Of a stretch of 64,000 nt of DNA, positions 41,242 through 52,000 are shown one piece after another; the first letter of the stretch is position 1; every line of letters begins with the position of its first letter. This DNA comes from Hemiscyllium ocellatum (Eukaryota): the NCBI RefSeq assembly GCF_020745735.1, contig NW_026867508.1:124001-188000 (forward strand), in the 5' to 3' direction. Made by a program: the position numbers and the translations under genes. The notes beneath the pieces were generated by a model. That model had not been told where the DNA came from. It worked only from the letters and a program-made list of their open reading frames with translations, and searched no databases.

Positions 41242-41313
41242 CGGCCCCGCCAAGATTCGAACTTGGGTCACTGGTTTCAAAGTTCTGAGTGCTAGCCATT
41301 ATAACACAGAATC
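41242..41313 (-). tRNA. Degenerate tRNA-Gln(TTG), probably a pseudogene
   Basis: The minus strand reads GATTCTGTGTTATAATGGCTAGCACTCAGAACTTTGAAACCAGTGACCCAAGTTCGAATCTTGGCGGGGCCG. It is 72 nt with a D-loop TAATGG, anticodon loop CTTTGAA and T-loop GTTCGAAT. It is collinear with eukaryotic tRNA-Gln but has stem mismatches. Confidence 0.65.
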
Positions 41314-42044
41314 GGCTGTGATTGTGCTAAAGTAACAGCTTTGTCAGTTTGTCATTTCAAATGTGTTAGTCATAATCTGCCATTCTTATCTGAGATTGCA
41401 GTTATTCCTAACTTAATTTCATACAAAATGATGCACTCAGCGGACTGTGTGCATCACTGGTTTTAAACAATTACAGATGTGCCTCTTCAACTTCGCTGTG
41501 GGGAGCTAAAATGTCACTGCAAAGATAATTTATGATGAACATTCCAAACTGAAACCAGAACAAACCGAATTATTTCTCAGCATGCCGCGGAGATACCAGA
41601 CTGAAATAACTGAAGGTGAGGCATTCAGTCTCATTCCTGCCCTGGTCTCCGGTCCATTGAATGCTGTCCCTCTGATGTCAGGATCTGGAGAATAAATGAA
41701 CGGGGAGCTCTTGGATAGCACTTGCTTACTGAGTCAGCAATCAGCTAGCAGAAACTCTAGATCCTGCTCAATATTAAATTAATTTTTGAATTCAACAATT
41801 TCAAGGTCAATTTTTTTTGTACAAATTCGTATGCACAGTGGACAAAAATGACTTTTACTTTAAAATCATAATTTACAAAAACATCTCTCATAACTGGTAA
41901 TACATGCTAAAATGTACACACTTTTCCACGTAAAGACATCGCTAACATTGTTTTAGATATGCATTCTCTCTATTTCAACACTGTTCCGTTGTCAGGTGAT
42001 AACAGGTGCCGTTCCATAATAATGACGTTACTAAATTTCTGGAG

Positions 42045-42376
42045 GTCGTGGCCCGGAAGTCTCGGTCTCTCAGGAATCGGTTTCGGCAATGACGTTTCAA
42101 GACTATGAGATGATCATTAGTTACAGTCATTCGACCACTGCTGTTACTACATAAACGTGACAAAACACTCGTCAGGTTCGATGTAAAGCACCGACATTCT
42201 TGGTCTGCTCTGTTATCAGGCCAGAGGCTTTTGGAGGAGGGCTAGAATTTATGCTCATATTGACCACGTGTAAAGTCAGCGAAATTTCACTGTCCAATAT
42301 TTGTGGCTGACTGAAACCGTGATGTATTAATGAAAGACACAGGGTTGGAACAGAGTAAGCTGAGTAGCTAAAAGAC
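42045..42376 (+). pseudogene. TCR alpha/delta-like V pseudogene, same family as 47110-47416 (V exon about 42045-42337, RSS 42338-42376)
   Basis: VSVSQES..F.D..I.YSHSTT...RQ...KAPTFL...GGG..RIYAHID..SQRNFTV.YL.LTETVMY..KD, with stops and frameshifts. Heptamer CACAGGG, 23-nt spacer, degenerate nonamer CTAAAAGAC. Confidence 0.68.
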
Positions 42377-43131
42377 TGTGAAGAGATGTACATTGATTAC
42401 CAGCACTTTACAAAGTAATTCCAAGCGTACCATATTTGCACGAGACTGCCCCCATCAGCTCAGAATTAACGAGTGAGCTTTGAGATGCAAATTAACTCCA
42501 TACTTAGGAATTAGCTGGAGAAATTAGGTTCAGTTACTCATGCTTCCTTAAAATGAACGTGAAATGTCCGGTTTATCCTGATATTTCGTATCTTTTCCAA
42601 TCTCAATTTGCATTCTTTTAACATAGAATGAGATCTGAAAATCTTTGCCTGTTGCATCCACATAGAAATTTCTCAGAGTCACCACTCTGCAAACTCAGAC
42701 TGACTCATGATGGTGCATAAAAAAGGAACCTCAATCTAATTTCAACAACTGTATTATTTCGCTGAGACTACTTATTACAGATCATTAAACAGCAAAGCTG
42801 CCGGTCAACTCAGTTTGACCTCAACCTGAATCTCAAACCAGTTACAAATCAAGTTAGTTCTACATTCAGTGAGTTTTAAAATTGGCTCTTTGGTCAGTTA
42901 GTGACAAGCTACCTGTGTTCACTATTCATTTTCTACACATCAGAACGCATCATTGATACTGTCTCTTCTTTAACATAAACATTGACGCCGTCAGAACCAG
43001 TTGATCCTATCACATCATACAAAGGAGTTGAAATCAAACAAAATGCAGCCAATGATGTCAGCTTTTTGTTGTCCGATGTTGTGGTGGTTTCTGAGGCATA
43101 GAAGCATTTCTCACATTCTGGAGCAGCGGTG

Positions 43132-43516
43132 ATGTGGCCCTCCATTATCTGTCTGCTCTTGGTTGCTCCCACTGTTGCGAAGAATTAAATTTTGAAATAA
43201 AGGTTTTAATTTCTCTAGGAATACATTTGACAAATATGGTACTTGCTTTCGGCAATTATTGGAGCTTAGTTGGAGCAGATTTGAGTTTTTGCATGCACTT
43301 TTTGTATCTATCTGACATGAGGAACGAAGATACACAAAATACAATGGAGAAGCGCGTTGTGACGATGATGCTAGAATTAAGAGATTACAACTGTTATGAA
43401 ACAACATGCACAGTCGTGTTCCTTCGTCTACTGTCGAGAAAACTAACAGGTAACTGGACTGGTATATTTACAATGGAGCAAAGATCTGAGGATTCGGACA
43501 TGGACAGGAATATTCC
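43132..43516 (+). pseudogene. Possible V-set Ig domain relic with a leader-like exon, cut at its 3' end by a Penelope-like insertion
   Basis: A 43-nt leader-like segment MWPSIICLLLVAPT, an acceptor TTTCTCTAG at 43218, then an open frame ...LVGADLSFC...LSRKLTGN...RSEDSDMD, where EDS sits at the expected distance. Conserved Trp and YYC are missing, the intron is only 44 nt with no GT, and there is no clean RSS. Confidence 0.4.
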
Positions 43517-44855
43517 AAAGTTCGTGAAGGTTTGTAGCTCAGGTTGAGGTTTAGGGTGTAGGTTTGCTCGCTGAGCTCTAGGTTTGATATCCAGACGTTT
43601 CATTATCTGGATCGGTAACAACATCAGTGGCGACCTCCAATTGAAACGAGGCTGTTGCCTCCTGCTTTCTATTTATATTTTTGTCCTGGATGGGGTTTCT
43701 GGGGATTGTGGTAAGTCATTGCCTGTTCGTTTTCTGAGGGGTTGATAGATGGTATCTAGACCTATGTGTTTCTTTATCTCGTTGTGGTTGGAGTGCCAGG
43801 CCTCTAGGAATTCTCTGCCATTTCTTTGCTTAGTCTGCTCCAGGATAGATGTGTTGTCCCAGTCGAAATTGTCGTTTTTTACCTCCGTGTGTAGGGCTAC
43901 GAGGGATATATAGGGTCGTGTCTTTTTTGTGGCTAGCTGGTGTTCGTGTATCCTGGTGGCTAACTTTCTACGTGTTTGTCCTACGTAGTGCTTGCGACAG
44001 TCCTTGCATGGAATTTTGTAGAAGACGTTGGTTTTGTCCGTGGGTTGTACAGAGTCTTTTAAGCAGTGTGAGTTAGCTCACCTCACACTGCAGCACAGAC
44101 GAACTTCGGAAAACAGAGGAGAACCACCATATAAAGTATTCAAGCAGAACGGATACTCAAAAAATACAGTCCAGAGATTCCTCAAGAACAAACCGCGACA
44201 AGCAGACAAAACACAGACAGAAACCCTAACCAACTGACCATACATCAAAGAAGTTTCAGAAATGACAACCAGACGACTGATACCCCTCGGAATCCTAGTA
44301 GCACACAAACCCACCAACACTCTCAAACTAAAACTAACAAACTTAAAATACCCTGTACAACCCATGGACAAAACCAACGACGTCTACAAAATTCCATGCA
44401 AGGACTGCCGCAAGCTCTATGTAGGACAAACAGGAAGAAAGTTAGCCACCACGATACACTAACACCAGCTAGCCACAAAAATACATGACCCTCTTTCCCT
44501 CTAAGCCCCACACACAGAAGCAAAAAACGACCATTTCGACTGGGGCAACACATCTATCCTGGGACAGGCTAAGCAAAGACATGGCAGAGAATTCTTAGAG
44601 GCCTGGCACTCCAACCACAACACGATAAACAAACACATAGATATAGATACCATCTATCAACACCTCAGAAAACGAACAGGAAATGGCATCACTACAAACC
44701 CCAGGAACCCCATCCAGGACAAACATATAAATAGAAATCAGCAGACAACAGCTTCGCTTCATTTGCAGGTCGCCACTGATGATGCTACCTAGCCAGGTAA
44801 TGAAACATCTGGATACCAAACCTACAACTCAGCGAGCAAACCAACACCTTAAAGT
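43517..44855. mobile_element. Penelope-like element (GIY-YIG endonuclease end and 3' region) in inverted head-to-head configuration
   Basis: The + strand reads VYKIPCKDCRKLYVGQTGRKLA...HFDWGNTSILGQAKQRHGREFLEAWHS. The same sequence lies on the - strand at about 43555-44063. The insertion is flanked by AATATTCC at 43509-43516 and 44856-44863, a putative TSD. Confidence 0.87.
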
Positions 44856-45249
44856 AATATTCCACATGAGACGGATTACAGATCTATAATTTTAAATGAA
44901 CAAACTTATGTGACACAGACCAGTCCAATTATGATTTCAAGAGAAGTGTTTAACCAGAGAACAGATAGAAATGTGCTTGTCTTCCCGACAAGAAGTACTT
45001 GGAGGAAGTAGCAGTGATCTATTTGAAAGGAAACCAGATGAATTGCAGATGAAACGGATGAAATGGTTGCCGATAGCATGAGGGGAAGGTATAAGAAAGA
45101 TGCCAGTGCTTAAACGTGGTCATGGGCCTGACGAGAGAATGAGTTTTTTTTTGTGCTCTTAGTTCTATTTTAAGGAAGTGCTGCGAATTTGGTTTAGGTC
45201 ACTCGAACATTAAGAACCGATTTCTGCTTTCTCTCACCTTTTCTTCCAG

Positions 45250-45578
45250 ATTTGATCGAAGCAGATTCTGTAACCCAGCGGCAGATCTCGCTCACACAGA
45301 CAGAGGGATAAGAAATCTCTTTAAACTGCACCTACTGGTATTGATTATTACTTGTTCTAGCACCCAGGCAGATAGTGTGACTTCACAATCCAGAGGCACA
45401 CGTGCAGTGCTGCTGAAAATGTCGCGGTTTTCACTCGGAACTGCTTTTCTGATGCAGTCCAGCAGACAGAGATATACTGATTCACCATGTCAAAGCTGGT
45501 GCTGTCTGATACCGCGGTTTCTTACTGTGCAACGAGCCACACACTGTTGTGAATGAGTGAGTCTTATGCAATGTCTAC
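45250..45578 (+). pseudogene. TCR delta/alpha-like V pseudogene (V exon about 45250-45539, degenerate RSS 45540-45578)
   Basis: Acceptor TTTTCTTCCAG|ATTTG, then DLIEA-DSVTQRQISLTQTEG*EISLNCTY..DYYLF*(Trp to TAG)..HPGR..DFTIQRH..CFSDAVQ..FTMSKLVLSDTAVSYCATS. Heptamer CACACTG and a 23-nt spacer are present, but the nonamer is unrecognisable. Confidence 0.82.
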
Positions 45579-45959
45579 TGCAGTCTCTGGGGAACAGCTG
45601 TTAACTGCTGAGGGCTGTTTATCACAGCGGTTGCATCGTGACACTTAGTTACATTCCTATGAGCTAATGTTTGGCGACAATCTGTTGAATAACACTCCAA
45701 TATCGCTCATACGGAATAACAATTTTGATTATTGAACTGAATGTGAGACGGTCCTAACTGGCTCCTGCGTATTTGGCGAGCTGTGGATTTCACTGCTGAC
45801 TTTCACTGAGAATACAATCCCTGAGACTGGCTTGTCACTAACTGAATCTTCGATGGAGAAAGACTGGAATGTAATCTATCAAATGTATGAAATACCAGGA
45901 TGTAGTATGAACAGCAGTCGGCCAGGTGAGGAGATTCTAAATCATCAGGCGAACCTGAT

Positions 45960-46530
45960 CGAGCATATCTCAATATTGAAGTACACATTTTTAAGATTGA
46001 AAACTCACAATAATATGCATTAGAAACTGAAGATTTTCAGGATACGGTGTAAAGGTAAGTAGCGAAAGTATCAGCAGAAAAGGTTTACAAGAATGTGAGG
46101 TACAAGGAGAGGTTGGTTAGGCTGATACACTTTTCCCCTGGAAGATAAATGGCGGAAAGGCGAACATTTAGAGGTTTGTAAAATCATGAGGGACGTGTAT
46201 AAGCTGAAAATCAAACTTATTTTCCCCTGGGTAGACGAGTTCAATCTGCAGAACATTCTTTTACGCTGAGAGAGGAAAGATTTGAGGGGACATGAGGGAC
46301 AGCGTTTTCATACAAAGGATGATGTGTACATGCAAGTAATAGTCAAAAAAGTGGTAGGTGCAGGTGCAATCACGAAATCTCAAAGACATTTAGGCAGCCA
46401 CAGGAATAGGAAAGATTTCGAAGGGTATGGACCAAATTCTGATGAACGTGACTACATCACATTTGGAAAGATATTTGGTGATGGTCAACTTGGGCCGAAT
46501 GACTTGTATCTTAGCTGCATAACTTCATGA
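45960..46530 (+). mobile_element. Decayed CR1 3' fragment at the point where V-segment orientation switches
   Basis: Degenerate RL.R..LFPLE..RRKG.HLEVCKIMR..YKLK and HTKDDV remnants, followed by 3' UTR-like sequence. Confidence 0.72.
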
Positions 46531-47070
46531 CTGATCTGTAAGAACAGGCATTCTGTGTGCTTGCAATATTTGGTGGGAAACTCGACTCAATCAAAACATC
46601 TCATTGATAAAAAGATGAAAGGATTCATGTTATTGAATATCAGTCGAGATTTTAGAAATTTGCACTCATTGGTTAAGGCGTCTTATGAGCAAAATGTATT
46701 TTTTTAATCCATCCCACGGTGCGATCCTGTTGCTTTGAAATATTCATTGCAGATTGAAAAACACAATCAGGTCAGATATTTTGGGAAATTTTCTTGTCGC
46801 AAAGTTTTTAATCTATATAACCAGAAAGGAAACATTCTCTAATCACCTCCATGGATTGTCAGAATGTATTCGATATAAGAGGCAGAGGAAACCTGCCCCA
46901 ATGGTGGACTGTTTACTCTTAGGTTATGAAATATTGGGATATATTTTAATTTTGTGGTTTTATTAGAATAATATTTTGGAAATAAACGTTTCTCTGCAAC
47001 CTTATGTTGACGCCCCTTTCCTTCTCTCTGCGCACCCACCATTCAGTGCAGCTTCGTTGCATTGTGACAG

Positions 47071-47109
47071 GGTTTTTGTACGAAGCTCCCTCTGGGTCCT
47101 GTCACTGTG
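47071..47109 (-). other. Consensus 23-RSS
   Basis: CACAGTG, 23-nt spacer ACAGGACCCAGAGGGAGCTTCGT, ACAAAAACC. Confidence 0.95.
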
Positions 47110-47543
47110 TCTTTCAGTCCGCAGTAATACACCGCGCTGTCAGACAGCTGCAGCTCACCAATGGTGAAATTTCCTTTGCTATTCTAAGTGTCCAGAGACG
47201 ATGAAAATCGAGTCCCCACTCCGTCTGCTCTGAAAGGATCTCCATAGTTAGGGATGTATATCAAGAACGTGAGAGCTTGTCCGTGGTACTGGCGATACAG
47301 CTGTAAGGAATATGATGCAGATTTGGTCGAGTATCTGAAATGAATGGTCACTGAGTTTCCTTCGAATACTTTTGGTGCAGTCAGCTCTTGTGAAATCCAG
47401 TCTGCACAATTAACACCTGAAACAAAATTGAAAAATTAAGTTTCACATTTACGTTTTAACCAAATAATGTCAACAAGACGCGAAAATACATCGCACATAC
47501 AGAGGAAACAGTAGCGACATGGAAGGTCACCATGTATTGACAT
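47110..47543 (-). pseudogene. TCR alpha-like V pseudogene (V exon 47110-47416; putative leader 47501-47543)
   Basis: Acceptor TTTTGTTTCAG|GTGTTAATTGTGCA, then DWISQELTAPKVFEGNSVTIHFRYSTKSASYSLQLYRQYHGQALTFLIYIPNYGDPFRADGVGTRFSSSLDT*NSKGNFTIGELQLSDSAVYYCGLKD. It has one TAG, and Cys23 and Trp41 are replaced. The leader assignment is tentative. Confidence 0.92.
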
Positions 47544-48346
47544 TATCAATTATCAGCAACATTTTCAACTTCTTGTACATACCAGTTAAGAATGCTGCAC
47601 ATGTCATCAATGCATAAAACGTAACACGCAACATGTTTGCCAAACAAATGGGGAGTTTGAACAGTGGGAACTGGACCTGAATTATCTCTGCTCTGTGAGG
47701 GGATTGAACACTCCGAAATGAAGTTAAGGGACATCAACGGTTGATATTCTGTCATATCCGGTCTTACTGCCGACTGGTTCTTTCACATCAGCGTCGCCAG
47801 GCAGCATCCAGTAAGTTCAAGGCATTTCGTTCTCCTGTTTTGATGTCAGAGAACTGTTCAGCAACACTTCGAATGTGCTCCACGACTTAATTAGACCATG
47901 ATTCGCCACCAAGCATTCATTGTGCAGCACAACTCCCGAATATATTTTTTTCTTTGACTAACCTATCAAAATCATTGGGAAAGAAATTCAAAGACAGTGC
48001 AATGGCTCCCCTTCTGATGTACTGAATATAAGTAAAATAGGTATTTAACCTAATTATGGGCCTTTTAACGGATACAGTCTTTAATCTCAATCATTGATGT
48101 GCGATAGCTTATCGTAACAGTGCCCTAGCTCGCCATTAAGAGTATTGCTTGCCAAGGATGAACAACACTTAAAACCAAACTAAGAAGGGATTTAGGGCAG
48201 AACACAAAAATGAAGTTCAGAAGGAAATCCTTCACAATAGCTGACCTTTGTAGTTTGCATTTGAATGTATTAAGAGCTTAAAATAGTGCTCATTGATCTG
48301 TTTGTGTGTGTGCATTGGGGGTGGGGTAGAGTATGATTGCGTTGTC

Positions 48347-48385
48347 GGTTTTTGTCCAGAGTTCCAGTGACTTCCTGTCAGTGTG
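48347..48385 (-). other. 23-RSS, near consensus
   Basis: CACACTG, 23-nt spacer ACAGGAAGTCACTGGAACTCTGG, ACAAAAACC. Confidence 0.92.
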
Positions 48386-48821
48386 TGGTAAGCACACAGT
48401 TATATATTGCAGCGTAAGAGACACGAGCAGAAGCGATCTTTGAAGAACATGCTTTGTTTCCTTTTTCAAGAGTAGCAGAAATCCTGTGTGAGGAATCTGT
48501 AGACCGATCGCCCTGTTCCATGTCGAATCTTCCCAGTAAATATCTCGGAGTTTCCACAGGAACCTGAATGGTCAATTTGGCTGATGATGTACTGTATTTT
48601 GTTGGGTAAAGATATTTTAGAACCTATCTGGCCTTGCTGAAACGTTAGCTTGAGTATATTCAATGAAAGCGAATCTAGGCAATACCTTCCTCTAAAAAAG
48701 CATAAGGTGTTAAACATCTGTCAATCAACTGATGAAATGCACTTCGATTTAATTAACTCAGGCTAACCAGTTAGCACAGCCATTATCATGAGCAGCAAGG
48801 CATATACGGAATACGTGGCAT
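48386..48821 (-). pseudogene. TCR alpha/delta-like V pseudogene (V exon about 48386-48689; frameshifted leader about 48768-48821)
   Basis: DSLS...QQGQ, frameshift, then YSTSS..IQVPVETPRYLLGRFD...RISATLEKGNKACSSKIASARVSYAAIYNCVLT. The Trp41 region is deleted. A hydrophobic leader remnant YSVYALLLMIMAVLT is followed by GTTAG. Confidence 0.85.
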
Positions 48822-49947
48822 AATGGTCGACAGCAAACCATTCACTTCTTGATTTATTTTGACGTGACTGAACCCAGATCAAAAATAGGCTTCAATTCCG
48901 AGTCAATTGAGGACTCTTTTCTTTGTTCCGATTGACTGGTTTCTCTTACTTCAACAATATATGACTCCTTTATGGTTAATTGCAGTTGAATGTCTACAAT
49001 CATTTACCTGATATCGTTATGGTTTTCTCACCCACTTGCTCCGTCTCAAACTTTCAGACATTATGTTTCTTTCTTGGTTTATTTCAATTTCATTTCAAGC
49101 TGAATGGCTATGTACTCAAGGAAGCAAATAGCTCTCTATAGGTAAACTGAAACGAGACGTAATGCAAAATTTATTAAATACTCAGGTCTAAGTCAACGTC
49201 TGCAGCAAAGGTGCTCAATTAATCATTACAGCGAAAAGACCAGGAAGGAAATGAAAATTCGTCATCCACCTCCAAACTGTGGAGTCTTACACTTGGAGCC
49301 ATCTTGCTGTGGAAAGTTCATAACTTCTACCAGTCTCTACTGTGACCCCAGAGGCTTGAAACCCAATGTCCCTAGTCATGCTTTTGAATTACATCACTTT
49401 CAAAAGATTGCAGTTTTTGGATGGAACAGGATCCAGACGTTTTAGAAATTTTTTAAAAAAACTTACTCACACCTAAGTTCTATAGAAGTTGGAAAGGCGC
49501 AGCAGTATGTCATTCATTCCTTTGACCCCACTTCACCATTTCAGAATATCACAGCTGCTCTGATTATGGCCTCAGCTCTTCTTCCATGTCTGGCTTCAGA
49601 ATGCATTTCTCTCTCATAAATCAATTTTCTGTGCAATTCCACCTTGAATACATTCAATGGCCCAAACAGCACTTTTATGACAAATATGAATTCCAAAGAG
49701 AAACGACGCTCTAAGGGAGAAGTAAAACATGTCATCATCTCCATTTAAGTGACAGTGTGGAAATTTTAAAAGGTTTGCCTCTTAGTTCCATTGTCGCCAA
49801 GAAGTAATTTCATCTACTCCACATCCAAAGGTTTTTAATCACTTAGGATATTTCATGTTCTACACTAAACACCGCCTATGAATCACACTGTTTTTCCAAT
49901 GCGTTTGTATTTTTCTCTCCTGATGCCCTTGATTGTCAACCTGACAC

Positions 49948-49986
49948 AGTTTTTGTGCAGGGGACTAGGCACTTCCATTCACTGTG
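49948..49986 (-). other. 23-RSS of the intact V
   Basis: CACAGTG, 23-nt spacer AATGGAAGTGCCTAGTCCCCTGC, ACAAAAACT. Confidence 0.95.
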
Positions 49987-50467
49987 GGTCGAAATGCACA
50001 GTAATGCACGGCACTGTCTGTCAGCTTCAAGTTTTTCACTGATAAGTGGAAAGTGCCTTTGTCCCGGTTGAGTTTCGCATGGAAGCGTTCAAAGCCGTGA
50101 GCCGTCTCATTAAATCCATAACTATCGGCTCTGAGCAGATATCGAGGAGCTTCCTGTGAATACTGCGAGTACCAGAACATGTAGTAGCTTGCAGTTGCAG
50201 CAGATACCGAGTAATTACAGGTTATTGCTGAGTCTTCACCCATTAATGCTTCGACCCGTTGTTGTGACTGGAACACTGAGTCTGCATTACTCAACTCTGA
50301 AATTAAAAAGCGACACACTGTGGGTTAGAGACAGAATGAGAAAGGGCTAATCCCCTGTAGATTGAATTTGAAAATACAATGGGTATTTGGGCATGTCGCC
50401 TGTAGAGTCACCTGAACAAACCTGCGAATAAGAGAATACCCAGAGTCAGGCAGAGTTTTAATCCCAT
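49987..50467 (-). CDS. Apparently functional TCR alpha/delta-type V gene segment (leader exon 50422-50467, intron 50297-50421, V exon 49987-50296)
   Basis: The 46-nt leader MGLKLCLTLGILLFA ends at a GTTTGT donor and joins in phase 1 to TTTCAG|AGTTG. The open V reads ELSNA-DSVFQSQQRVEALMGEDSAITCNYSVSAATASYYMFWYSQYSQEAPRYLLRADSYGFNETAHGFERFHAKLNRDKGTFHLSVKNLKLTDSAVHYCAFRP, with Cys23, Trp41 and Cys104 intact. A 23-RSS follows directly. Confidence 0.92.
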
Positions 50468-51489
50468 TATTCCCAACTGATCTCCAGAAGCTGAGACACT
50501 AATCACTCTCCGTACCATATCTGGAACTGAAGAAATTCAAACAGCCGGGGATATGGTGTGTTTGATTAGCCTTTATCACCCCGCCCATTTTCTTTTTTTC
50601 GAACAACCACATGACGGGAAATAATGATCTTCAACAAATAATCATACAGTACCCTCCTGTGGCCAGCAGCCAACCTTTGATAAACACTCAGACACAGTCA
50701 TAACCAAGTGACAGATATATATCGACTCGTTCATGCACGCATGCATGCAGCCACAAATGTAAAACAAGGCACGAAAATCAAATGTGCTATGAAAGTTTAT
50801 AAGGTGGTAAACGAACCATTCACCTGAGCAGTATATCAGTGCTAGTCAATACCTCATGTTCAATGAATGTCTCCTTGGAAAAAACTGAGTACTTCTTTCA
50901 AATTGAATCCATCAGAGAGTTTCAGCCCCATCCCCACTCGCTCACGTTTGCGAGATTTCTTTTATACCATACTCTATCAAATTCCTTCCTGATGTGCAGG
51001 AAAACAATTTTCACACCGTGTCTGTTATTTTTGTACGTTTGGACAAAGGATGCAATAGGTTCAGGAGCTGAGTGGACCTGGTAGAAGGCACTTGAGCATC
51101 ATCTTCGTGGCCAGCAGCGCCCACAAGACTTTCGGATGTATTGAGAATCGACAAGACTACGGCAGGGTATCCATTATCTTGCCCTTCGCAATTTCATGCA
51201 GATTTCCACTACGGGTTAAACTATACCAGATGTTTCCTCCACGTGCGGTTTTCAGATGTTATTAATCTTTTGAACTCACATCCTGAACAACCATCAGACG
51301 TTGTGTATTTGAACTTTTACAAGGTTCAAGTAGATGGGTTATTGATAAACAAGAGGGTGAAAGGTCTTAGATGTTCAATTGGAATTCTATGTCTGGTTAC
51401 AATCAGAACGGTCATGATTTTATTTAAAAGTGAAGCACAATCTAAGCGTCACGTAGTCTAATCCTGGTCCTTGTACCAATGTTCCCTCA

Positions 51490-51740
51490 TTCATATTACA
51501 AACAGACTCTGCACTGTTATGCACCATGGTGTCAGACAGCCGGGGCGCCGAGTTTGTAAATCAATACGTTGGGTAATATTCCCAATTTGACATTCGTCTG
51601 ATCCGTGGTGCATTGTTCTTGGAATTTAAACTGCCACGCAGATAATGAACGCCCGATTGCAGGTCACAGGCGAAAGAGATATCATGAGGACACACCCCAC
51701 AACGTCCTAAAAATCTATTCCTTCTGATTGACCAGTTAAT
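51490..51740 (-). pseudogene. Possible heavily decayed V relic
   Basis: ..VHYL...KNNAPR...FTNSAPRLSDTMVHNSAES, followed about 30 nt later by the nonamer-like ACAAGGACC. No recognisable heptamer. Confidence 0.3.
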
Positions 51741-52000
51741 TCTCATGAAATAAATGTAAACTCTGATTGCTATAAATCTTCGTTGTTAGTTGCGACGTAA
51801 TTAATTTTGATAATAATAACGTCGGTTAGTCATCTTTTAAGATTTTATATCACGTGATAAAGTAGCATAGCAGGTGATAAATGAAAGACAAAATGAATAT
51901 TCTAACACCAAACAAGCCTTTGGTAGGCAATGGACAGCCGATTCTAATTGCTAGTTGCGAGATCTCGCATTTCTAAGCAATAATTGAATGCAATGGCGTT

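Noticed and set aside
45680-45960. Minus-strand WYF...PVFLHRR, suggestive of V FR2
   Set aside because: It is an isolated motif with no second Cys and no RSS.
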